This document shows positions 1 through 8,639 of a DNA stretch of 22,229 bases, piece after piece; position 1 is the first letter of the stretch; every line of letters begins with the position of its first letter. The stretch comes from Chiloscyllium plagiosum (Eukaryota). Below the pieces are notes generated by a model, which was not told the DNA's origin, searched no databases, and saw nothing but the letters and a program-made list of their open reading frames with translations. The stretch spans positions 10,875,646 through 10,897,874 of the forward strand of contig NC_057749.1 in the NCBI RefSeq assembly GCF_004010195.1, given 5' to 3'. The translations under genes were made by a program, and so were the position numbers.

Positions 1-26
1 TCTCCATCCAAAGGTCCGGGCTTGCT

Positions 27-358
27 CATAGACCCCCTATAGTGTGGGAGAGGCAATTCAGCCCATCGAATCCACACTGACCCTCTGAAGAGACTACCCT
101 ATCCCTGTAACCCTGCATTTCCCATGGCTAACCCCACCTAGCCGACACATCTCTGGACATTAGGGGCAATTTAGCACGGCCAGTCCATCCTAACCTGCAC
201 ATCTTTTGGCCATGGGAGGAAACCGGAGCACCCTGATGAAATTCACACAGATACGGAGAGAACATGCAAACTCCACACAGACAGCCCGAGGCTGGAGTCA
301 AACCTGGGTCCCTGGTGCTGTGGGGCAGCAGTGCTAACCACTGAGCCACTGTGCTGCT
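27..358 (-). mobile_element. HE1-like V-SINE (tRNA-derived), near full length
   Basis: Minus strand reads GCAGCACAGTGGCTCAGTGGTTAGCACTGCTG (A-box), then a B-box-like GGTTTGACTCC, the V-domain GTGGAGTTTGCATGTTCTC...GGTGCTCCGGTTTCCTCCCA, and a CR1-type tail; the same body recurs 6 more times in the window. Confidence 0.85.
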
Positions 359-759
359 GTGGTACTTGGCTTGTAAATGTTCCTCATTGGAATATTGGAT
401 ACAAACTCTCTATCAACATTTTGACAGGTTTGCCTGACATATCTTCATGAGTAAGCCATTTCACCATTTCAGGTCAGCTCCACATCATGTCTGATCTGAT
501 GTTTCAGTTTTAAGAGGCTATTTCATATTCAAATCTACATTATTTGCCAATAGAGAGAGAGAGCGCGAGACAACCAGTAGACAACATCAGCCTGGACTGG
601 AGTCATTTCTGTTTCCCATAAGTTATTTCCTGCCGGTGTAACTCCCAGTTGATGGGTCCGGATTGGTAAATTTCCCCTTTTGTGTTGTGTTTATGTCACC
701 AATAGAAACCACTTCCACCATCAAGTAGTTCAAAGTTAATCCATAATTAATCTCCATTT

Positions 760-940
760 ACCCATCTCCGTTCCATAACCTCCATCAATCTTGCCAAATA
801 AATCTCTCAAACCCCACTTCAGTCAACTATTCTCATCATCAACAACTCTATGGGGGATGTGTGTTCCCGGTTTTCTCTAAGCTTTGTGAGGCAAAGTACT
901 CCCAGCGTCATTTCTGAAAGACCTGACTCTAAATTTCAGG
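760..940 (-). mobile_element. Old, degenerate CR1-like LINE 3' fragment
   Basis: Weak resemblance to the CR1 3' region seen at 2254-2560; heavily diverged, boundaries approximate. Confidence 0.35.
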
Positions 941-1524
941 TTCAAATTAATCAAAAAAACCTAATTTAATCAAGTGAAACAGCTGAAGGTGTTCACCCCT
1001 TAATGTCTCCACAACCATTCCTCAGACTCCAGTCCAATGCTGACAGTGTGTTACAATTCACAGTAAGTTCGAGTTGTGCACTTTAATCGGAATGTTGCGT
1101 TCTGGAGCAAAGGACAGCTGTGATGATGGAGGCTGTGAGTCTCTGTCCATCACACAGGACTGAGCAGGACTCTCTCCCATCGCTGTTTGTTGGAGGGATT
1201 TGTAATTGATGCTCAACCCATTTACCCTCCTCATCACTGCATCTGGATGTGTTTCTGGGTCAGAGGCAAGGACGCTGCCCATGTTGCTAGGCAGTGTCCT
1301 TGGTGTCTATTTTGAAGGGTTTAATTCTGAGTGGCCCTTCCAAAAGAGATTTGTGCATCAAGCCCAATTTAAGAGGAAGAGCCTCCCACTCAGTTCCTGT
1401 GGTTCCTTCTGATGATCAGCCTTCCCAAACAATCAACAAAAGGAACAAAATGTAGAAAATTCTAAACTTGAGTCCATTCGATTGAATTTACCCAAACATA
1501 ATAAACATTGGGGCCAGTTTCAAC

Positions 1525-1808
1525 ACCAGGTTCGATTCCTGCTTGTGTGACTGTATGGAGTTTGCACATTCTCTCCCAGTGTCTGCGTAGGTTTCCTCTG
1601 GGTGCTCTGGTTTCCTCCCACAGTCCAAAGATGTGCAGGTTCAGTGGATTGGCCATGCTAAATTGGCCCATAGTGTGCAGGCTAGGTGGATTCGTCATGA
1701 CTTAAAAATAAAAACTCATGCAGGGTTACAAGGTTGGGATGGAATGCTCTTCAGTGCACACTTTTGATGGGCTGAATGGCCTCTTTCTGCTCTTTAAGGG
1801 ATTCTACA
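1525..1808 (+). mobile_element. HE1-like V-SINE, 5'-truncated
   Basis: B-box GGTTCGATTCC, V-domain GGAGTTTGCACATTCTC...GGTTTCCTCCCACAGTCCAAAGATGTGCAGG, tail GATGGGCTGAATGGCCTC...GGGATTCTA. Confidence 0.85.
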
Positions 1809-2015
1809 ACCAAAATGAGATCTCTGTTCAACCTGATTTGCAATTCTGAAAGATTGGTCGAGGCTAACTTTAATAAATTTGAAATTTGTTGGTGTATGAA
1901 TTTGGCCTTTCCTCACTCTGTAAGGCTACAGTATGACACTTGATTTGGGATCATTGCATCGCGTGAGGGGGAGGTGATGGCCTTGTGATATTATCGCGAG
2001 ACTGTTGATTCAAAG

Positions 2016-2109
2016 TCGTGAGTGTGGTGCTGGAAAAGCCCCGCAGGTCAGGCAGCATCTGAGGAGCAGGAGACTCGACGTTTTGGGCATAAGCCCTTCA
2101 TCACGAAGC
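2016..2109 (-). mobile_element. Mini Penelope-like cassette (single pLTR arm) with degenerate hammerhead
   Basis: Arm matches 8940-9030 and 17491-17583; flanked by a 10-bp direct repeat TGATTCAAAG (2006-2015 / 2110-2119); minus strand GTGATGA-A-GGGC-TTAT-GCCC-AAAAC-GTC (core mutated). Confidence 0.8.
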
Positions 2110-2253
2110 TGATTCAAAGCCTCCTGTGCTGTTCTGCAAAAGTTTATTAAGCTGTTGCTGATTGTCATAGAAACCCATCTGGTTCACCTAACTTCCTTTA
2201 GGGAAGGAAGCTGTCTCACTTTCCTGGTCTCGCCTACATGTGACTCCAGACCT

Positions 2254-3103
2254 GTCATAGTCATAGAGGTGTACAGCACGGAAACAGGCCCTTCGGTCCA
2301 ACCCGTCCATGCCGACCAGATGTCCCAACCCAATCTAGTCCCACCTGCCAGCATCCAGCCCATATCCATCCATACCCATCCAGATGCCTTTTAAAGATTG
2401 CAATTGTACTAGCATCCACCACTTCCTCTGGCAGCTCATTCCATACACATACCACCCTCTGCATAAAAACATTGACACTTAGGTGCCTTTTATATCTTTC
2501 CCCTCACCCTAAACCTATGCCCTCTAATTCTGGACTCTCCAACCCCAGGGAAAAGACTTTGTCGAATTATCCTATCCATACCCCTCATGATTTTATAAAC
2601 CTCTATAAGGTCACCGCTCAGCCTCTGATGCCCCAGGGAAAACAGCCCCAGCCTGCTCAGCTTCTCCCTGTAGCTCAAATCCTCCAACTCTGGCAACATC
2701 CTTGTAAATCTTTTCTGAACCCTTTCAAGTTTCACAACATCCTTCTGATAGGAATGAGACCAGAATTGCGCACAATATTCCAACAGTGGCCTCATCAATG
2801 TCCTGTATAGCCGCACATGACCTCCCAACTCCTGTACTCAATACTCTGACCAATAAAGGAGTACTCAATACTCTGACCAATAAAGGAAAGCATACCAAAC
2901 ACCACCTTCACTATCCTATCTATCTACAACTCCACTTTCAAGGAGCTATGAACCTGCACTCCAACATTTCTTTGTTCAGCAACACTCTCCAGGACCTTAC
3001 CATTAAGTGTATAAGTCTTGCTCTGATTTGCTTTTCCAAAATGCAGCACCTCGCATTTATCTAAATTAAACTCCATCTGCCTCTGCTCAGCCCATTGGCC
3101 CAC
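2254..3103 (-). mobile_element. CR1-clade LINE, 3' ~850 bp (ORF2 C-terminus remnant plus 3' tail)
   Basis: Minus-strand ORFs give LYRTLMRPLLEYCAQFWS...LERVQKRFTRM...RLSGDLIEVYKIM and RVVCVWNELPEEVV...FKRHLD, typical of the CR1 ORF2 end; frameshifted; terminal CTATGACTATGAC microrepeat. Confidence 0.92.
2834..2887. repeat. Perfect 27-bp tandem duplication within the CR1
   Basis: GTACTCAATACTCTGACCAATAAAGGA at 2834-2860 and 2861-2887. Confidence 0.95.
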
Positions 3104-3254
3104 TTAACTGCTCTCTGGGCAATTAGATACAGATAATAAATGTTGGCCGAGCCAGCGACACCCTCATCATGTGAATGAATACAAATAAAGTCTCTTGTTG
3201 TGTTTTGGCTGTGTAATGATCATTTTGATTTTTGAGTTTTTGTCTCTCTCCAAG

Positions 3255-3356
3255 GCCCTTCTGGTTAACTTTAATTCTAGTCGTGTTGATTCAACACATA
3301 CTGACTCGACTCCTATTTCTTCAGAAGGATGGGAAACAGTTCAGCCTCACTAACAG
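3255..3356 (+). CDS. STRA6: STRA6 internal coding exon (4th from last), 102 nt: (W)PFWLTLILVVLIQHILTRLLFLQKDGKQFSLTN(R)
   Basis: Pyrimidine tract plus AAG acceptor (AG 3253-3254), GTACAG donor at 3357; matches vertebrate STRA6 WPFWLTL...LTNR; phase 2/2, joins the next exon in frame. Confidence 0.92.
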
Positions 3357-3674
3357 GTACAGGAAGCATTGATAATCACTGGAGTACTCTAAATTGCTGA
3401 GCGCTTAGGGAGTTTTAAAAATTTTAGTTAATTAGTATTGTATTAACTGCATTTTTCCATTGTGGCTTGGTCAGTAGCACTCTTTCCTCTGAGCTATTAA
3501 ATGATTTATTGTAACTTGTATTTTGCAGTAAATAATACAGTAAAATACAATGAAAATTTTCAAAGGTTGCCACAATCTGGTGTCATTTTGAATAGTTTAA
3601 AAATATATAACTTGAAAAGGAGTCTGGCTTTGTTCAGCCCTATTCCAGAGACTGGAGCCCTGTCCTGCCAGATG

Positions 3675-3775
3675 TGGATGTAGGTTTGCTCGCTGAGCTG
3701 GAAGGTTTTTTTTTCAGACGTTTCGTCTCCATACTAGGTAACATCTTCAGTGAGCGTCTGGACAAAGCCCGGCAT
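3675..3775 (-). mobile_element. Mini Penelope-like cassette, distinct family, with hammerhead
   Basis: 10-bp direct repeat CTGCCAGATG at 3665-3674 and 3776-3785; contains a hammerhead consensus on the minus strand. Confidence 0.75.
3713..3755 (-). ncRNA. Minimal type I hammerhead ribozyme motif (core intact)
   Basis: Minus strand: UCA-CUGAAGA-U-GUUACC-UAGUAU-GGAGAC-GAAAC-GUC-UGA; stem I UCA/UGA, stem II 5 of 6 paired, palindromic stem III ACGU. Confidence 0.7.
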
Positions 3776-3892
3776 CTGCCAGATGAACATACATTTCTCC
3801 AGCATTATTTGAAGGAGACTGAGGCTGTTCCCACAAGTATCCTGGCCAAGATTTCTCCCTCAATCAACAGCAAATGATCTGGTCATTTAGTG

Positions 3893-4274
3893 AAGATGGT
3901 GGGGTACCGGTAATGTCCCTGCACCAGTAATCCACAACCAATGGCTAATGATCTGGAGATGTAGCTTCAAACCACACCACAGTAACATGTGAACTAAAGT
4001 TCAATTCATAAATCTGGCTGTTTGAAATCTCATCATTGGTGACCATAAAACTATCATGGATTGGTGTAAAAGCCCATCTGACTCACCAGTGCCTGATAAT
4101 CTGCTGCCCTTGCCCGGTCTGGTCTACTTGTGACTCCAGGCACACAGCATTGCGGTTGATTCTTAACCTGCATGGCCCTGGCATGCCACTTGGCTTAAGG
4201 GCAATTAGGGATGGGCAACAAAAGAATTGGCCATCCATACCTACATTCTCACAAAAGAATGAGCAAAATAAAAT
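3893..4274 (+). mobile_element. SINE-B copy, diverged
   Basis: GTAAAAGCCCATCTGACTCAC...GGTCTGGTCTACTTGTGACTCCAG...GGGCAATTAGGGATGGGCAACAAAAG, colinear with 13100-13452. Confidence 0.7.
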
Positions 4275-4280
4275 CACTCT

Positions 4281-4620
4281 GGGGTGGCACAGTGACTCAG
4301 TGGTTAGCACTGCTGCCTCACAGCACAAGGGACCCAGGTTCGATTCCACCTTCGAGCGACTGTCTGTGCGGAGTTTGCACATTCTCCACGTGCCTGCATG
4401 AGTTTCCTCCGGGTGCTCCAGTTTCCTCCCACAGCCCAAAGATGTGCAGGTCAGGTGGATTGACCATGCTAAATTGCCCACAGTGTTTAGGGATGTGTAG
4501 GTGAGGGTGGATTAGTCAGGAGTGGGGGAATGGGTCTGGTTGGGTCACTCTTCAGAGGCTGGGTGTGGACTTGTTGGACTGAAGGGCGTGTTTCCACATT
4601 CTAGGGATTTTACGGTTCTC
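4281..4620 (+). mobile_element. HE1-like V-SINE, full length
   Basis: A-box TGACTCAGTGG (4293-4303), B-box GGTTCGATTCC (4337-4347), V-domain, CR1-like tail. Confidence 0.88.
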
Positions 4621-4682
4621 CTGAAAGTCATACTGCAGGCAGTGGTTGAATCAAACATTCTGACCACCTGCTCCTATTGGTG

Positions 4683-4921
4683 CTCTGGGTGCTTTCCTCC
4701 AGGTGCTCCAGTTTCCTCCCTCAATCCAAAGGTGTGCAGTTTAGGTGGATTGGCCATGCTAAATTGTCCATATCATCCAGGGGTGTGTAGGCTAAATGGA
4801 GTAGCCATAGGAAATGAGGATTGCAAGGATAGGGTAACAGGTGAGTCTGGGTGGGATGCTGTTCAGAGGATCGGTGTGGACTGAATGGCCTGCTTCCACA
4901 CTGTAGAAATTCTATCATTCT
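4683..4921 (+). mobile_element. HE1-like V-SINE, 5'-truncated
   Basis: GGTGCTCCAGTTTCCTCCC...TTGGCCATGCTAAATTG...GAATGGCCTGCTTCCACACTGTAG. Confidence 0.8.
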
Positions 4922-4946
4922 TTGATAAAGAGTACTCAAATATTTA

Positions 4947-5040
4947 AGAACAGGAATTGTTGAAAGAGCTCAGCAGGTCTGGCAGCATCTGTGGCGAGAA
5001 ATCCGACTTGAAGTTTCTGATCGAGTGACCCTTCCTTGGA
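4947..5040 (-). mobile_element. Mini Penelope-like arm (family of 7654-7835), hammerhead decayed
   Basis: CTCAGCAGGTCTGGCAGCATCTGT is shared with 7692-7753; minus strand GGAAGGGTCACTCGATCAGAAAC is a stem II / GAAA remnant. Confidence 0.65.
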
Positions 5041-5054
5041 AGGATTCAAGTTTA

Positions 5055-5295
5055 ACAGCAAATTTCTACAGCAGGGTGACCGGAATTGAATACAATATTC
5101 TAAAAGTGATCTCACCAATACAGCATGACCTCTCAAATCATACACGGTGCACTCACCAATGAAGGCAAGCGTGCCAAACTCCTCCTCCTCCACCCTGCCT
5201 ACCTGCAACTCCACTTTCAAGGAACTATGAACCCATACACCCTAGATCTTTCTGTTTGTCAACACTCCCCAAGGCCCTACCATTAACAGTATATA
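5055..5295 (-). mobile_element. CR1 ORF2 fragment
   Basis: Minus-strand ORF: FGTLAFIG...LVRSLLEYCIQFRSPCCR, homologous to the CR1 at 2750-3010. Confidence 0.8.
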
Positions 5296-5330
5296 ACTTA
5301 CCTCACTGCATTATCTTCCTCTTTCCACAG

Positions 5331-5494
5331 ACGAAGCCTGTACATCTTCACTTACCTGCTTTTCGCTTTCAATGTTCTGATTGGGGTCATTGCCGGTGTG
5401 TGGAGAATCGTCTTTACAGCTCTATACAACATTGTCCATTTTTGCCGATTGGACCTGGGCCTTATAAATCGAGGGGCAGAGATTTTTGACCCAG
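5331..5494 (+). CDS. STRA6: STRA6 coding exon (3rd from last), 164 nt: (R)RSLYIFTYLLFAFNVLIGVIAGVWRIVFTALYNIVHFCRLDLGLINRGAEIFDP(G)
   Basis: Acceptor TCTTCCTCTTTCCACAG (AG 5329-5330), donor GTAAGC at 5495; matches STRA6 NVLVG...WRV..SALYN..H...DL...DPG; phase 2/1. Confidence 0.95.
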
Positions 5495-6435
5495 GTAAGC
5501 TTCTGTCTTCATATTCTGAAGTCCAATTTTATTTTCATTTGAACTGTATTAGTTTCACACTATCGTACTGGCAATGCATTGAGTTTCTTTTAAAAACTGT
5601 GTGTTGGTTTGTGAAACCAAAAATGGTTCTTTAGAAGTATTATTTTTAGACGAGTGAAAAGCCACCAATTTGGTGAAGTTTCGTTTCCTGGTACGATGCA
5701 AACCAACAGAATAGCTTCACATTCTGCCTTAGATTGCATTGGGGATGTAAGGTTGTTGAATATTTTTTAAGGTGAAGGTGGATAAGCGTTTTGTGAGATA
5801 AGGGAATCAAAAGTTATTGGGTTGTTATGGTGTGGGAACGGCAAGCCAAACCAAATCAGTCTCACTATCACAGGCTTCAGAAGATGATGAAATTCAAACA
5901 TTCAATGGTCCTCAAAATTGGTCAGTTGTTCCTAACCAAATAACAGATCCTGAAAACAACTTAAACAACTATTAACAATTTATTACTAAGAATGTATTTT
6001 CAGCAGAAAACAAACTACAAGATGATGTAATTAATATTTATGATCTGAACTCAATCTTCTTTGACAATAAACTGCCCCCCCCCCCATTTTCTGAGACAGA
6101 CAAATATAGTTAAAGGATGCATTTGAAAAGAAAATAAAAGAATCCTAATTTCTCAATTCAATAATCATTTCAACAATGAATACTTCATGAAATCCTTGGA
6201 TAATGGGATATATCACAAGCACATAGAACTGTACATCTTGCTTGAGTTCCAAAATTCACAGCTCCCACAGTGTCTCTGGAGACATTTTATTTTAACTATT
6301 TCTTATCAAATGTGGTTCATTTCTCAGAATATTCAACAAGTTGATAGCCAGAGAATAATGAGACAGCAAAACCGAAAACAGCTTCCCAGTCTGACAGCTT
6401 CTAAAGCAAAACTGCCTTCTGCCCAAATCCAGTCA

Positions 6436-6620
6436 GGAGAAAGTGAGGGCTGCAGATGCTGGGGATCAGAGCTTAAAAATGTGTTGCTGGAAAAGCGCAG
6501 CAGGTCAGGCAGCATCAAAGGAGAAGGAGAATCGAGGGCTTATGCCCAAAACATCAATTCTCTTTCTCCTTGAATGCTGCCTGACCGGCTGCTCTTTTCC
6601 AGCAACACATTTTTAAGCTC
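6436..6620 (-). mobile_element. Palindromic mini Penelope-like cassette
   Basis: Inverted arms 6469-6535 / 6554-6620, unpaired ~33-nt tail on the left, flanking AAATCC(C)AGTCAG duplication (6425-6436 / 6621-6633); the spacer keeps GGGC-TTAT-GCCC-AAAAC but lacks CUGAnGA. Confidence 0.85.
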
Positions 6621-7653
6621 AAATCCCAGTCAGCACCAGTTCACTCTTTTTCTCTTTCTTTTCCAACATTTGGACAGCACCAATCTTCCATTCATTGACC
6701 AATTCAACATCCAATCAGCTGCCAGTCCTTGAGCATAACAGCATCTTGGTGCTCAATTGCCTACAGTGTTCTTAGAGCAATAATTCGCCTGTATTATCTT
6801 TCCAGGCCAGTTCCCAATGGCAAAAATTAGTCTTGTGTGTTTTTTATTTAAAAGAACAGGCTGCTGTTCAAAGTTCAATTCTCAACTGCAACTCTCAGTT
6901 CTAAACTAAAAATTAGAAAAATTAAAAAAAAAACAATAGTCTCGACAGGGTATGGCTGTACATCTCTCTGACTCTATCGATGGAAATGTGGAACTCAATG
7001 CCAGCAGATCAACTGTAGTCTTTTTGAATGGTAGGGCAGGCTCAATGGACTGAGGGGCTGATATCAACTCTTGCACCTTTTTTGTTTCTGTCTCCATTCC
7101 AATTGAACACTGAATGATATAAATGAGACTGTGGTTCTGTTGCTGTTCATATTATCACAGTGTCCTTTATTTGAATGATGAAACATTGTATTTCTATTGC
7201 AAAATGCTGGCGATCTATCACTTAAATAATCCTGGGCCTCTGTAGGAGCACAACATTGCATTTTCCAACCATTCTGCCTCTCAGAGAATCTCCTGGGCTC
7301 CAACAAACTCTTGTACTTATCACCCAGGCAGTGTGTTTTGTCCAATTTAACAATAAATAGTAAAGGGACAAATAATCTGGACCAGAAATGTTGCTTTGTC
7401 ATGGGGGTTGAGCGATGTGTGTGCATGTGCTCCCTGAGTTCATTTTTAACCCTACTGCTCCTGAAGAGTACAGTCAACATACAAGCCTGTTGGAGATGGG
7501 TTCATACTTTATAAATAAAATCTGAATATGCCCATGTGGGAAGGTGGTGGCTGTTGTCAACGTGTAGATCCACAGATGTTAAACTTTGTTTTTCTTGTCT
7601 CTGCGATTTGAATTAGATTTCAGTATGAGTGGTCAACACTAGTTATGGTTTGG

Positions 7654-7835
7654 ATAAAAGCAAATTACTGCGGATGCTGGAATCTGAAACCAAAAGAGAA
7701 AATGCTGGAAAATCTCAGCAGGTCTGGCAGCATCTGTAAGGAGAGAAAAGAGCAGACGTTTTGAGTCACATCAGCTCTTTTCTCTCCTTACAGATGCTGC
7801 CAGACCTGCTGAGATTTTCCAGCATTTTCTCTTTT
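7654..7835 (-). mobile_element. Palindromic mini Penelope-like cassette with perfect 62-bp arms
   Basis: 7692-7753 is the exact reverse complement of 7774-7835, with a 20-nt spacer; ~38-nt tail on the left; direct repeat TAGTTATGG at 7640-7648 / 7835-7843. Confidence 0.9.
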
Positions 7836-7949
7836 AGTTATGGGATGGAGTTTTCCAAGTCTCTCTGCCTCTGTACAACACCAGACAACAAATTTACCAA
7901 CAGTGCCTTTTCTATAGGGTTAGGAAAATGGTGATTATTTTGTAAATTA

Positions 7950-8520
7950 GGGAGGTGTTGGCCTAATGGTATTACCGCTAGACTTTTAATCCCTGCCATT
8001 GTGGAATTTACATTTTTTAAAAATGGAATTAGAAGCCTAACGATGATTTTATAACCATTGTCAATTCATAAAATCATACAGTGCAGAAAAAGACCTTTCA
8101 GCCCATAGAGTTGATACCTACCCTCTGAAGAACATCCTATCCAGATCCAGCCCCCCTACCCTATCCCTGTTACCAGGGCCAATCCACCTAACCTGCACAT
8201 CTTTGGACTGTGGGAGGAAATCGGAGAACCCAGCGGAAACCCACACAGACACAGGAAGAACGTGCAAACTCTACATATTCTCCCAACCTGGATTCCTGGT
8301 GCTGTGAGGTAGCAGTGCAAATCACTGAGCCACAATGCCGCCCACTTTTGAAAATTATTGGAGACATGCATCTGGTTCATTTAGGAAAAGCAATCTGCCA
8401 TCCTTACCTGGTCTGGACTGCAGACCCACATCAGTGTGGTTAACTCTGAACAATTAGGGTTGGGCAAAAAAGGCTGGGCCTAGCCACTGATACTCTCACC
8501 AAATGAATGAATAAAAAACC
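7950..8520 (+). mobile_element. SINE-B copy interrupted by an HE1-like SINE
   Basis: Head GGGAGGTGTTGGCCTAATGGTATTACCGCTAGAC; resumes CATCTGGTTCA...CTGCCATCCTTACCTGGTCTGG...AATGAATGAATAAAAAA. Confidence 0.72.
8067..8343 (-). mobile_element. HE1-like V-SINE
   Basis: Minus strand GGGCGGCATTGTGGCTCAGTG...GAGTTTGCACGTTCTTCCTGTGTCTGTGTGGGTTTCC...CCCACAGTCCAAAGATGTGCAGGTTAGG. Confidence 0.85.
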
Positions 8521-8639
8521 CACAAGGAGTGTTACAAAGATGGAAATCCACATCCTAAATCCTGTTACTTCCAGATGTGGCAGTGTGCCCTATGATGTCC
8601 TTTTGTATGAAATTGTGCCTATTTTCACTTCAGTTCTCA

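Larger units (their letters stand above)
1966..3190 (+). mobile_element. Second tRNA-derived SINE family ('SINE-B'), split by a PLE cassette (2016-2109) and a CR1 fragment (2254-3103)
   Basis: Head GGGGAGGTGATGGCC..., body AAACCCATCTGGTTCAC...TTTAGGGAAGGAA...CTACATGTGACTCCAGA; tail resumes at about 3104 (GGGCAATTAG...AATAAATGTTGGCC...GCCAGCGAC...GAATGAAT); colinear with the uninterrupted copy at 13100-13452. Confidence 0.75.
3457..3890 (+). mobile_element. Degenerate DeuSINE-like (SacSINE1/AmnSINE-type) element, interrupted
   Basis: Head TGTGGCTTGGTCAGTAGCACTCTTTCCTCTGAG and body TCCTGGCCAAGATTTCTCCCTCAATCAAC...TCTGGTCATT resemble the copy at 16595-17010; interrupted at about 3500-3625 and by the PLE cassette at 3675. 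Confidence 0.5.

Noticed and set aside
1206..1412. Hydrophobic ORF as the preceding STRA6 exon
   Set aside because: No match to the expected GL..QQ..F...P...G.N exon that should end in a split Trp codon; that exon probably lies upstream of the window.
1409..1450. CTGATGA on + as a sense-strand hammerhead (also near 233)
   Set aside because: No stem II followed by GAAA and NUH downstream.
4281..4355. tRNA gene (A and B boxes)
   Set aside because: This is the tRNA-derived head of a V-SINE, running straight into the SINE body; I could not fold a full cloverleaf.
6865..6877. Possible retinoic-acid response element (TGTTCA-A-AGTTCA; similar at 727-739 and 10039-10050)
   Set aside because: Each has a non-consensus half-site; such matches are expected by chance, and I found no perfect DR2 or DR5.
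7064..7480. 138-aa minus-strand ORF in a STRA6 intron
   Set aside because: No recognisable motif or exon structure; length compatible with chance.
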